From Terriglobia bacterium (GTDB lineage Bacteria; Acidobacteriota; Polarisedimenticolia; Polarisedimenticolales; JAIQFR01), in contig CAVVHE010000004.1 in the NCBI GenBank assembly GCA_963748015.1, positions 320,001 through 384,000 of the forward strand: a DNA stretch of 64,000 bases. Direction: 5' to 3'. The notes under the pieces were generated by a model, which worked only from the letters and a program-made list of their open reading frames with translations, was not told where the DNA came from and made no database searches. Below are positions 1-9,097 of the stretch, in pieces. The position numbers were made by a program, and so were the translations under genes. Every line of letters begins with the position of its first letter. Position 1 is the first letter of the stretch.

Positions 1-2003
1 CCCCCGATCGAGGCCAGGACGGCCGGCAGCAGGACGGCGAACGCGAGCGCGAGCCCGCCCGCCGCGAGAAGCCAGCGGTCGGAATCCTCGTCGGAGGCCT
101 CGGCGGCGGCGCGCGCCCCCCAGCCGCCGACCGCGAGCCCGCACATGAAAGCCGCGGTCAGCCAGCCGAGCTGCCCGTAGAGCGCCCCCACCCGTGTCTG
201 GAAGGCGAAGAGCAGGATCAGGCTCCATGCCATGCCGCACGCGCCGGTCACGGTCACGGCGTGAAGGGCCGCGAGCGCGCGCGCCGGTCTTCCCCGAGCC
301 CGCCGGACAGCGCAGGTCGCGACCAGCGCGAGCGACGGGAGGAGCGCGAGCAGGGCGGGTCCCCACGTGCCCGGGAATCGGCTTCCCGAGAGGCGGCGGG
401 CGAGCGCGCTCCCCGCGATCGTCTGGCGGAGTGCGAGGGCGTGGAGGAACGAGACCGGGCGCTCGTCGCGACTCGCGGGGACTTCCGCGGCCGCTCGCAA
501 GAGCGCCGATTCCTGCGCTTCGACCCGCTCCTCCGGGAACAGGAGCGCGAACGTCTCCGGCACCACGGCGCGCGAGACGATCTTCCGCTCGCGGAAGCGC
601 GACGCGAGGATCGCCGGGTCGAGCGTCGCGGCATCGGCGCGGAAGCCGGCGACCAGAAGCCCCTCGGGCCCCGGCGTCGCCAGGACCACCGGGAAGGCGC
701 CCCGAAGCGCGCGGTACACCGAGCCGCCGAGCGAGGCGGCCTCTCCGGTGAGTACGTTGGGCGGGGTCCTGAGGCTCGTCGCGAGCACGCCGTCCGGCGC
801 GAGCCGGGACGCGGCGAGGCGAAAGAACTCCGCGGTCGAGAGCCGCGCGAGGAGGAGGGTCACCGGGTCGGGCTGCCGCACGAGGATCAGCTCGTACGGT
901 GCTCCGCCGCGGGCGAGAAACGCCCGCGGGTCGTCGAAGACGATGCGGACCCTTCGGTCGCGGAGCGCCTCGGCGTCCTCCGGCGGGAGGAGTCGCCGCA
1001 CGAGATCGAAAGCGCGCTCGTCCATCTCGACGAGGTCCACGCGCTCGACGGGATGGAGGAGCAGGAATCGCAGCCCGCCGAGGGCTAGCCCGCCGACCGC
1101 CAGGACACGCGCCGGCCTCGGGGCGAGGCAGGCGGCGGCGTGCGTCTCGATCTCCTGCTCCTCGGCGTCGGGGAACGACCCGGCGTACTGCCCGCCGGCG
1201 TAGAGGTGGCGCACGGAATCGCCCGCGATCGACACGTGCTGGTACGGCGTGTCCAGCCACTCCACGAGCGGGATCCCCGGGACGATCGCGCGGAAGCGCG
1301 CGCGCTCGGTGGCTTCCTCGAGCCCCGACGAGACGGGAGGGAGGGCGAGCAGCACCAGGCCGAGCGCGACGGCCGGCAGCGCCACGCGCCCCGGTATCAG
1401 CCCCAGCCTGGCCGCGGGAAAGGCCGCCGCCAGGGCGAGGGCCCCGGCGATCGCCGCGGCGTGGAGGGGCGATGCGAGCGGGATCAGCACGAAGGTCACC
1501 GCGAGGCCCGACGCGAGCGACCCGGCGGCCTCCAGCACGTAAAGCCGGGAGATGGCGGCGCCGTCCGCGAAGCCGGTCCGGACCGCCGCCGCGGCGAGAG
1601 CGGTGAACGTGAGGCCGACGAGAACGCCCGGGAGGGCCATCACCGCGATCGCGAGGAGCAGCGACACGCCGAGCGCAGGCACCTCGCCCGGCGCCGCCGG
1701 CAGGGCCAGGCGCGCCAGGCGGGCGGCGAGGAGCTCCGCGACGCCGGCGACCGCGAGAAGACCGAGGCCCACGGCCACGGCGCGGGCCGGGCGATCGCGC
1801 GCGAGCCGGCGGCCGCCGGCCGCCCCCGCGGCGATCCCTCCGAGCCAGCTCGCGAGCCCGAGCCCGACGGCGGTCTCGTCCCCCTGGAGAGAAACCAGCA
1901 GCTCGCGCAGGAGCAGCACCTGGACCGCGAGCGCCAGCGCCCCCGCCGAGAAGAACAGGAGCGATACGGGGAGGACGGGAGCGCGGGCAGGGGAACCGGA
2001 CAT
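1..2003 (-). CDS. Membrane-fused spermidine synthase-like (SAM-dependent aminopropyl/methyltransferase fold) protein, 3' end runs off the window
   Basis: Absent from the ORF track because it has no stop in the window. Manual translation from ATG at 2003 gives MSGSPARAPVLPVSLLFFSAGALALAVQVLLLRELLVSLQGDETAVGLGLASWLGG (multi-TM), later DTPYQHV...PARVLAVGG...VDLVEMD...RVRIVFDDPRAFL...YELILV..PDP...STAEFFRLAASRLAPDGVL, typical of spermidine synthase domains. Confidence 0.8.
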   Translation of the reverse strand, partial: MSGSPARAPVLPVSLLFFSAGALALAVQVLLLRELLVSLQGDETAVGLGLASWLGGIAAGAAGGRRLARDRPARAVAVGLGLLAVAGVAELLAARLARLALPAAPGEVPALGVSLLLAIAVMALPGVLVGLTFTALAAAAVRTGFADGAAISRLYVLEAAGSLASGLAVTFVLIPLASPLHAAAIAGALALAAAFPAARLGLIPGRVALPAVALGLVLLALPPVSSGLEEATERARFRAIVPGIPLVEWLDTPYQHVSIAGDSVRHLYAGGQYAGSFPDAEEQEIETHAAACLAPRPARVLAVGGLALGGLRFLLLHPVERVDLVEMDERAFDLVRRLLPPEDAEALRDRRVRIVFDDPRAFLARGGAPYELILVRQPDPVTLLLARLSTAEFFRLAASRLAPDGVLATSLRTPPNVLTGEAASLGGSVYRALRGAFPVVLATPGPEGLLVAGFRADAATLDPAILASRFRERKIVSRAVVPETFALLFPEERVEAQESALLRAAAEVPASRDERPVSFLHALALRQTIAGSALARRLSGSRFPGTWGPALLALLPSLALVATCAVRRARGRPARALAALHAVTVTGACGMAWSLILLFAFQTRVGALYGQLGWLTAAFMCGLAVGGWGARAAAEASDEDSDRWLLAAGGLALAFAVLLPAVLASIG

Positions 2004-2007
2004 CCGG

Positions 2008-2475
2008 CTACTGGCCCTTCAGGAACGCCAGGACCTCGGCCGGATGCTCGGCAGCCTTCTTCACGGCGAGCCAGTGCCTGAGAACCTTCCCGTCCGGGCC
2101 GATCAGGACGGTCGACCGGATCGTCCCGGTCACCTTCTTCCCGTACATCGTCTTCTCCCCCCACGCGCCGTACGCCTTCATGACGGCGGTCTCGGGATCG
2201 GAGAGGAGAACGAACGGTAGGCCGAAGTCACGGATGAACTTGTCGTGGGCCGCGATGCTGTCCTTGCTCACCCCCAGGACCACGGCGCCGGCCTTCGCGA
2301 AGCCCTTCTGCAGGTCTCGAAAGCCGCAGGCTTCCTTCGTGCAGCCCGGTGTGTTGTCCCTCGGGTAGAAGTAGAGCACCACGGTCTTCCCGCGGTACTC
2401 CTCGAGCGAGTGCGTCTTGCCGTCGCTTCCCGTCAGATCGAAACGAGGAGCTTTCTTCCCTTCGAGAGCGGACAC
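2008..2475 (-). CDS. bcp: Thioredoxin-dependent peroxiredoxin (BCP/PrxQ)
   Basis: VVLYFYPRDNTPGCTKEACGFRD motif with CxxxxC; 155 aa. Confidence 0.92.
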   Translation of the reverse strand: MSALEGKKAPRFDLTGSDGKTHSLEEYRGKTVVLYFYPRDNTPGCTKEACGFRDLQKGFAKAGAVVLGVSKDSIAAHDKFIRDFGLPFVLLSDPETAVMKAYGAWGEKTMYGKKVTGTIRSTVLIGPDGKVLRHWLAVKKAAEHPAEVLAFLKGQ

Positions 2476-2581
2476 GGTGCACCTCCGCCTGTCGGATTAG
2501 GAGTAGACGCTAACGCGCCCACGGACGCCGCGTCAAACGGGCTAGGCGGCGCTCTGCCCCGACCGCCGGTGTTGCGGCCGT

Positions 2582-4192
2582 TCAGAAGCGATAGGAGAGG
2601 GTCGTGTACAGCTGGTCGGTGCCCTCGGAGGCGCCGCGGTTGCACTCCGCGGAGATCGTCAGCAGCACGCGGCGGCCGAAGACGGCATCCCAGTCGATGC
2701 CGTACCAGTTCAGGCGGCCGGTCGGGATGGCGGTGGAGAGCGCCGACTCGCTCCGGGTCCCGGCGTGGATCTCGAGGCGAGACCACGCGGCCAGATCCGC
2801 CGACGCGGAAAGCGTGTGCAGCCACCCTTCCGCGACGTCGCTCGTGTACCGCGTACTGCGGAGGTTGGCGCGGAACCCCCGGCTGCCGAATCCGTGAACT
2901 CCCGCCCTGACCGTGTAGGCATCGGCCTTACCGTGGCCGCCGCCGTCGCTCTGCCGTCCCTCGAGCCCGTAGCGCACGTGCGAGCCCGCCTTGCCGTCGA
3001 AGCCGGCCCAGTAGCCCTGCCTGTAGCCGTCGTCGAACTCGGTCTCGGGGGTGATCGTGTCGCGATAGAGACGCACGTTCCGGCGGTCGTCGTACCCTCC
3101 CTGCACCGAGATGGCGTCGGTCGCCCGGTAATGCAGGCTCGCGAACGTGCTCGTGAGGGTGTACGTCTCCCCCTCGGCGTCCTTCTTCCATCCGCGGTTG
3201 ACGTCCAGTTCCTCCGCGGCGAAGACGGAGAGGCGAGAGCCCTCGTAGCGCTGCTGGGAGTAGGCGAACTCGCGATTGATCTCCCCGTCGTCGTAGGATC
3301 CGATGAGCCCCGCGGTCACCGCCCAGCGGCGCGCCGCGCCGGGAGGCGCGCCGTACTCGTAGTAGCCGCCGTACTCGCGCACCTCGGAGGCGTAGGCGTA
3401 GGTCAGGGGATCCGGCTGGGTGCCGGTGAAGAGACCGGCGCCCCATCGCTCCTTGCGGTATTCCGCGGAAAGCCCGTCGAACAGGCTGACCACCGCGAGC
3501 GAGGGGGAGAACTGGCGGCCGAGCGTGACGCGGAGCGGCTTGACGCTGTCGCGGTACGAGGCGGAGAGACGATAGAGGCGGTTGCGCGTCTCCGTTCCGC
3601 CCCCCGAGAAGGTCCTGGTGGTCCGCCGCGAGCGGATGTCCACGTCGAGGTCGATCGGCGCCCCGGCGATCTGGGTGCCGTTGAGGCGGAAATCGAGCGC
3701 CGGCTGGCGGTACCCCCCTTCGCCGTCGATCCAGCGCATCGCGAGGTAGCGAAAGCCGATTCGGCCGCGGAGGCCGGCGGCGCGCAGGCCGTCCATGAAG
3801 GACCCGTTCGCCGGCTCGGGCGACGGGGTCGCGGCGGGAGCCGCTGCCGGTGCCGGCGCCGGCGGCGCGGCCTGAGCCGTATCCGCGGCGCGCCGGACCT
3901 CGTCTCCCGCGGCGAGTTCCGGCGCCGCGCCGAGCCGGGCGCACCGCGCCCGGCTCACCGTGACCTCGACCACCTCGAGCCGGGCGACGACCCGCTCGCC
4001 CCGCACGACGTCGAGCTGGTCGCCCATCGCCAGGCCCGCGTCGGTTCCGGTCTCGAGATAGACGGAGGTGCTCGTCACGTAGCTCACCCGGGAGGACGCC
4101 GCCGCGTCGCCGGATGCCCAAGCGCGGACCGGCAGGAGGGCGATTCCGGCGGCCAGCAGCGTGACCGCGAGACCGGCTCGCGAGCTCCTCAT
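2582..4192 (-). CDS. Putative outer-membrane beta-barrel protein with signal peptide, small N-terminal beta domain and Pro/Ala linker
   Basis: True start MRSSRAGLAVTLLAAG at 4192, ATGA-overlapping the upstream cytochrome stop. Alternating amphipathic beta strands; C-terminus LYTTLSYRF matches the aromatic OMP/BAM signature. Confidence 0.75.
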   Translation of the reverse strand: MRSSRAGLAVTLLAAGIALLPVRAWASGDAAASSRVSYVTSTSVYLETGTDAGLAMGDQLDVVRGERVVARLEVVEVTVSRARCARLGAAPELAAGDEVRRAADTAQAAPPAPAPAAAPAATPSPEPANGSFMDGLRAAGLRGRIGFRYLAMRWIDGEGGYRQPALDFRLNGTQIAGAPIDLDVDIRSRRTTRTFSGGGTETRNRLYRLSASYRDSVKPLRVTLGRQFSPSLAVVSLFDGLSAEYRKERWGAGLFTGTQPDPLTYAYASEVREYGGYYEYGAPPGAARRWAVTAGLIGSYDDGEINREFAYSQQRYEGSRLSVFAAEELDVNRGWKKDAEGETYTLTSTFASLHYRATDAISVQGGYDDRRNVRLYRDTITPETEFDDGYRQGYWAGFDGKAGSHVRYGLEGRQSDGGGHGKADAYTVRAGVHGFGSRGFRANLRSTRYTSDVAEGWLHTLSASADLAAWSRLEIHAGTRSESALSTAIPTGRLNWYGIDWDAVFGRRVLLTISAECNRGASEGTDQLYTTLSYRF

Positions 4193-5301
4193 CGCCGGAT
4201 CCCCCTCGAATTCGCCGAGCCGGTGGGGTGGCAGACATAGCAAGCGTTGCTGACGTACTCGTAGCTGACGACGGTGGTGTGCCTGGAATCCGTCTCCTGC
4301 TGCGGGTGGCACGACAGGCAGTAGAACACCGCGTAGCTGCCGGAGTTCGTGTGGCAATCGGAGCAGTGCGCCCAGCGTTCGGCGTGTCTGCCGGCGTAGA
4401 TCGGGAAGTAAAGCCCGTCGTGCTGCGTGAACCTCGCCCCCGCGAAACCCGTCGTGACGTGGCAGAGCTCGCACTCCGTGGAGAACCCTGCCACGCGATG
4501 GTTCGGGTCGGTCACGCTCTCGTAAGCCGCCTGGTGGCACGAGTAGCAGGCGGTGGACCTGCCCGCATACACCCCGTCGGCGTGGCAGGACGAGCAGGGC
4601 AACCCGACGTGGGCGCCCGTGAGGGGGAAGGCCGTGACGGAGTGGTCGAAGGCCGCTCCCGCGAAGCTCACCGTGTTGTGGCAGCGCGCGCAGTCGGACG
4701 GAAAGCCGGCGGCGTCGTGGTTCACCGGCTCGGAAACCGGTTTCTGGGGGGCCGCGGGGTAGGCCGTGCTGTCGTGGCAGCCGGCGCAGTCCACCGGCAG
4801 GTTCACGTACATCATGCGCCCGAGCGACCGGGAGCGGTGGCAGGCCTCGCAGTCCGCCGCGGCATGCGCCCCGGACAGAGGGAAGCGAAGCGTCCGGTGC
4901 AGCCGGAGCGCCTCGGAGCGGTCGATGAAGCTCCGGGGGGAGTGGCACCGGCCGCAATCCGTCCCCATCTCGCCGCGGTGGACGTCCTGGTGGCAGCTCA
5001 CGCAGTCCTTGCGAGCCCGCTTGAACTCGAGCGAGACGTGGCAGGCGCCGCACCTCACGGTCCGGTGGGCGCCCTGGAGCGGGAAGCGCTTCGAGTGCAC
5101 GAACTCCTTGGTCGGCTCCGCGGGAAGCCACTGCTCGTCCCGGTGGCAGAGATTGCAGTCCTCCTGGTACTCGCCGTGCGGGTAGGGCCGGTCGCGCGGA
5201 TCGTCGGCTCGCGAGTCGGCGAGAGGCCAGGCCAACGCGGCGGTAAGCAGCGCGCCGAGGACGAACAGCCCTGGCCCGGATCGCCCGGCTACCGGTCTCA
5301 T
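4189..5301 (-). CDS. Secreted multiheme cytochrome c (13 CxxCH, 370 aa)
   Basis: Start MRPVAGRSGPGLFVLGALLTAALAW (signal peptide). Motifs CNLCH, CGACH, CVSCH, CGRCH, CEACH, CAGCH, CARCH, CSSCH, CYSCH, CELCH, CSDCH, CLSCH, CYVCH; repeated FPLxGAH distal-His motifs. Confidence 0.92.
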   Translation of the reverse strand: MRPVAGRSGPGLFVLGALLTAALAWPLADSRADDPRDRPYPHGEYQEDCNLCHRDEQWLPAEPTKEFVHSKRFPLQGAHRTVRCGACHVSLEFKRARKDCVSCHQDVHRGEMGTDCGRCHSPRSFIDRSEALRLHRTLRFPLSGAHAAADCEACHRSRSLGRMMYVNLPVDCAGCHDSTAYPAAPQKPVSEPVNHDAAGFPSDCARCHNTVSFAGAAFDHSVTAFPLTGAHVGLPCSSCHADGVYAGRSTACYSCHQAAYESVTDPNHRVAGFSTECELCHVTTGFAGARFTQHDGLYFPIYAGRHAERWAHCSDCHTNSGSYAVFYCLSCHPQQETDSRHTTVVSYEYVSNACYVCHPTGSANSRGIRR

Positions 5302-5514
5302 GCCCCCGCCTCCCGCGCGAAACGCCGCCGGCGGCGACACAACGGCCGCCGCCGGCGCGAGCTCGGCGGGACGATAACAAATCCGGAAAACGTTGAAAAC
5401 AACTTTGTCGCGGTTTTCGGTCGGCGGGACGAGGCTACAATCGTCCTTCGAAGCGGGTCCGGCGCCACGCGAGGTCCTCGGGCGACGTCGCTGCGGGCGC
5501 GAGGAGAACGCGTG

Positions 5515-7686
5515 GTGAACTCGCACGGCACGTGGATCCTGGCCGCGGGCTTCGTGTTGCTGTCGGTCGCCCCGGCGATCGCGGCGGGGAGCAAGACCTC
5601 GGTCCCGCCGCCGGCCGCGGAGCGACGCCCCGTCGTGGACGCATACCACGGAAAGTCGGTGACGGACGATTACCGCTGGCTCGAGAGCTGGGCGGATCCG
5701 GCGGTCCGGCGCTGGAGCGAGGCGGAGAACCGGCACGCGCGCTCGGTTCTCGACCGCCTTCCGGGCGTCGAGGCGCTCCGTAGGCGGATCACCGAGCTCG
5801 AGAGCTTCCCCTCGCCCGATTTCGACTCGCTCGTGCTGCGCGGCGGCACTTTGTTTGCCATGAAGACCGAGCCTCCCAAGCAGCAGCGTTTCCTGGTGGC
5901 GCTGCGGTCGCCGGACGACCCGGCCTCCGCGCGCGCGATCGTGGATCCCAACGTGCTCGACCCCAAGGGCAAGACCGCCATCGACTTCTTCGTCCCCTCG
6001 CACGACGGCAAGCTCGTCGCCGTCTCCCTTTCCCGGGGCGGCAGCGAGAGCGGCGACGTTCACGTGTACGAGACCGCCACCGGCAAGGCGCTCCCGGACG
6101 TGATCGCGAGGGTCAACGGCGGCACCGCCGGCGGGAGCGTCGCCTGGAACGCGGACGGCTCCGGCTTCTTCTACACCCGCTACCCGCGCGGCAAGGAGCG
6201 TCCGAGCGAGGATCTCGACTTCTTCCAGCAGGTCTGGTTCCACGGGCTGGGCACCCCCGCGGGGAGCGATACCTACAGCCTCGGCCGGGAATTTCCGCGG
6301 ATCGCGGAGACCGTGCTCCGCGCGTCCGACGACGGACGGTTCGTGCTCGCGATCGTCGAGAACGGCGACGGGGGGGAGTATGCCCTCCACCTCCGGGGGG
6401 CGTCCGGCGCCTGGGCGCGCATCGCCGACTTCTCCGAGCAGGTCGTCGCCGCGGAGTTCGGCCGGGACGGCTCCCTGTTCCTCCTCTCGAGGAACGGCGC
6501 GCCGCGCGGGAAGATCCTCCGTCTCGCCCCCGGCGCCACGAGGCTCGCGGAGGCTTCGACCATCGTGCCCGAGGGGGAGGGGGTGATCCTCGACTTCGAG
6601 CCGGCCGCATCCGTCCTCTACGTGACGGTGGTGGAGGGCGGGCCCATGGGCCTGCGGGTCTTCGACGCGGCGGGGAAGGAGCTGGCGCGCGTCCCGGTGC
6701 CGCGGATCTCCTCGGTATCGCAGGTCGTCCGCCTCGACGGCGATCGCGTGGCCTACTCCTCGGAGAGCTACCTCGAGCCGAGGGCCTGGTACCGCTTCGA
6801 CCCCGCGGACGGCCAGCCGGTGAAGACGGCGCTCAGGCGCGTGTCGCTCGCGGACTTCGGGGATTGCGAGGTCTTGAAGGAGACGGCGGTCTCGAGGGAC
6901 GGCACCGCGGTCCCCGTCTTCATGGTCCAGCGGAAGGGTGCGCCGCGCGACGGCTCGAGCCCCACGCTGCTCACCGGCTACGGCGGCTTCGGCATCAGCA
7001 TGACTCCCTATTTCTCCGACTCGCGGCGCGCCTTCGTCGAGCAGGGAGGCGTCTGGGCGATCGCGATCCTGCGCGGGGGAGGGGAGTTCGGCGAGGAGTG
7101 GCACCGAGCGGGCAACCTCACCAGGAAGCAGAACGTGTTCGACGATTTCGCGGCGGCCGCGGAGCGCCTGATCGAGGCCCGCGTGACGAGTCCCGCGAAG
7201 CTCGCCATCGAGGGAGGGAGCAACGGCGGCCTTCTCATGGGCGCCGCGCTGACCCAGCATCCCGCCCTCTTCAAGGCGGTCGTCGCTCACGTGGGCATCT
7301 ACGACATGCTGCGGGTGGAGACGACCCCGAACGGCGCGTTCAACGTGACCGAGTACGGGACCGTGAAGGACCCGGCGCAGTTCGAGGCCCTTCTCGCCTA
7401 CTCGCCGTACCACCACGTCGCCGACGGGACTCGGTACCCGGACGTCCTGTTCCTCACGGGCGCCAACGATCCGCGCGTGGACCCGTTCCACTCTCGAAAG
7501 ATGACCGCGAGGCTCCGGGCCGCCACGGGCGGGAGATCCCGGGTGTTCCTCCGGACGAGCGCCGACACCGGGCACGGCATCGGCAGCTCCCTCGACGCCA
7601 CGATCGCGGAGACGGTGGACGTGTACGCCTTCGTCTTCGACGAGCTGGGCGTTCCGTACCGGCCGGTGGCAAAGCCCGCGAGGTGA
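5515..7686 (+). CDS. Prolyl oligopeptidase (S9A), secreted
   Basis: GAGGAG RBS at 5501 with GTG at 5512/5515; signal peptide; DDYRWLE, GYGGFG, RGGGEFG, GGSNGG nucleophile, DPRV and GHG catalytic Asp/His. Confidence 0.93.
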   Translation: MNSHGTWILAAGFVLLSVAPAIAAGSKTSVPPPAAERRPVVDAYHGKSVTDDYRWLESWADPAVRRWSEAENRHARSVLDRLPGVEALRRRITELESFPSPDFDSLVLRGGTLFAMKTEPPKQQRFLVALRSPDDPASARAIVDPNVLDPKGKTAIDFFVPSHDGKLVAVSLSRGGSESGDVHVYETATGKALPDVIARVNGGTAGGSVAWNADGSGFFYTRYPRGKERPSEDLDFFQQVWFHGLGTPAGSDTYSLGREFPRIAETVLRASDDGRFVLAIVENGDGGEYALHLRGASGAWARIADFSEQVVAAEFGRDGSLFLLSRNGAPRGKILRLAPGATRLAEASTIVPEGEGVILDFEPAASVLYVTVVEGGPMGLRVFDAAGKELARVPVPRISSVSQVVRLDGDRVAYSSESYLEPRAWYRFDPADGQPVKTALRRVSLADFGDCEVLKETAVSRDGTAVPVFMVQRKGAPRDGSSPTLLTGYGGFGISMTPYFSDSRRAFVEQGGVWAIAILRGGGEFGEEWHRAGNLTRKQNVFDDFAAAAERLIEARVTSPAKLAIEGGSNGGLLMGAALTQHPALFKAVVAHVGIYDMLRVETTPNGAFNVTEYGTVKDPAQFEALLAYSPYHHVADGTRYPDVLFLTGANDPRVDPFHSRKMTARLRAATGGRSRVFLRTSADTGHGIGSSLDATIAETVDVYAFVFDELGVPYRPVAKPAR

Positions 7687-7777
7687 GGCGTTTCGCCGCC
7701 CCGGGGAAAGAGGCGTTTTCGGCCGGAATTTGGCGCTTTTCGGCGCCGCGGACCGCCTCCCGGCGGCCGGTCCTCTC

Positions 7778-7786
7778 TGCTATAGT
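7778..7786 (+). promoter_or_regulatory. Possible extended -10 (TGcTATAGT) sigma70 promoter of asnA
   Basis: AT-rich TGnTATAGT in GC-rich intergenic DNA about 90 nt upstream of asnA. Confidence 0.4.
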
Positions 7787-7874
7787 GCCCGGCCACGACC
7801 CGGCGGGCGTGGACTTTCTGTAGAGCCGGGAACGCCCCGTTCCCAGGCTCCACCGTGGAATGGGAGCGACGAGC

Positions 7875-9005
7875 ATGGGAGACAAGAAGGCGGACCTGGC
7901 CGGACCGGGCATCAGCACCTATCCGGAAGTCGAGAAGATCCTCCCGAACGGCTACAAGACGATTCTCGACCCGAAGGAGACGCAGATCGCCCTCCACGCG
8001 CTCAAGCGGTACATCGACGACAACCTGTGCAAGGAGCTGAACCTCTTCCACATCGAGGTTCCGCTCATCGTGACGAAGGACAGCGGCGTCAACGACTACC
8101 TCGACCGCGACGGCTCCCGCACGCCGATCGAGTTCCCCTGCGGCCTCGGCCTCGAGAAACGGATGGAGTGCCAGGTCGTCCAGGCCGCGACGAAGTGGAA
8201 GCGGATGGCGCTGAAGCAGTTCGGCTGCAAGGTGGGCGAGGGGATCAACACCGACATGCGCGCGGTGAGGAAAGACTACTTCCTCGACCACGACCACTCG
8301 TCGTACGTGGACCAGTGGGACTGGGAGAAGGTCATCACCGCGCAGGACCGCAACCTGAACTACCTCAAGGACACCGTCCGCAAGATCTGGAAGGTGATCG
8401 TCGGCGCCGAGAAGATGGTCCAGGAGATGTTCCCGAAGCTCGAGGACCCGCGCTTCCCGAACCTCCCCGAGGAGCTGAAGTTCCTCCACGCCGAGGAGAT
8501 CCTCGACATGTACCCGGACCTCCCGCGCAAGCAGCGCGAGACGAAGGTCATCTCGGAGCACTATCCCGCGATCTTCATCATCGGCATCGGCTGGGTCCTG
8601 AAGGACGGCTACCCGCACGAGATGCGCGCTGCGGACTACGACGACTGGGTCACCCCGACGGTCTCCGAGAGCGGGCAGCCGATGCACGGCCTGAACGGCG
8701 ACATCCTCGTCTGGAACCCCGTGACCAAGAGGCGCCACGAGCTCACCTCGATGGGCGTCCGGGTCACGAAGGAGACCCTGCGCCAGCAGCTCGAGCTGAG
8801 CGGCCAGCTCGACTTCCTGAAACTCCCGTACCACCAGGCGATCCTGAACGACCAGATCCCGCTCAGCATCGGAGGCGGCATCGGCCAGTCCCGGACGACG
8901 ATGCTCCTCCTCAGGAAGGCGCACCTCGGAGAGGTCAGCGTCACGGTCTGGCCGAAGGAGCTCAAGAGCATCTGCGCGAAGAAGAACATCTTCGTGCTGG
9001 AGTAG
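7875..9005 (+). CDS. asnA: Aspartate--ammonia ligase (asparagine synthetase A)
   Basis: KWKRMAL, HSSYVDQWDWE, RAADYDDW, LNGDILVWN, ELTSMGVRV and SIGGGIGQSR motifs. Confidence 0.93.
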   Translation: MGDKKADLAGPGISTYPEVEKILPNGYKTILDPKETQIALHALKRYIDDNLCKELNLFHIEVPLIVTKDSGVNDYLDRDGSRTPIEFPCGLGLEKRMECQVVQAATKWKRMALKQFGCKVGEGINTDMRAVRKDYFLDHDHSSYVDQWDWEKVITAQDRNLNYLKDTVRKIWKVIVGAEKMVQEMFPKLEDPRFPNLPEELKFLHAEEILDMYPDLPRKQRETKVISEHYPAIFIIGIGWVLKDGYPHEMRAADYDDWVTPTVSESGQPMHGLNGDILVWNPVTKRRHELTSMGVRVTKETLRQQLELSGQLDFLKLPYHQAILNDQIPLSIGGGIGQSRTTMLLLRKAHLGEVSVTVWPKELKSICAKKNIFVLE

Positions 9006-9097
9006 AAACGGGCGTCGAGCTTGCGTCGGGGAACGGGCGCCGAACCGCCGGGTGAGGCGCCCGTTGTTCTTGCCGCGGGAAACGGGGGGGGCGAGCG

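Noticed and set aside
4228..5511. 1152-aa ORF suggesting a long N-terminal extension on the prolyl oligopeptidase
   Set aside because: The upstream part is antisense to the cytochrome gene; the RBS and signal peptide place the start at 5512/5515.
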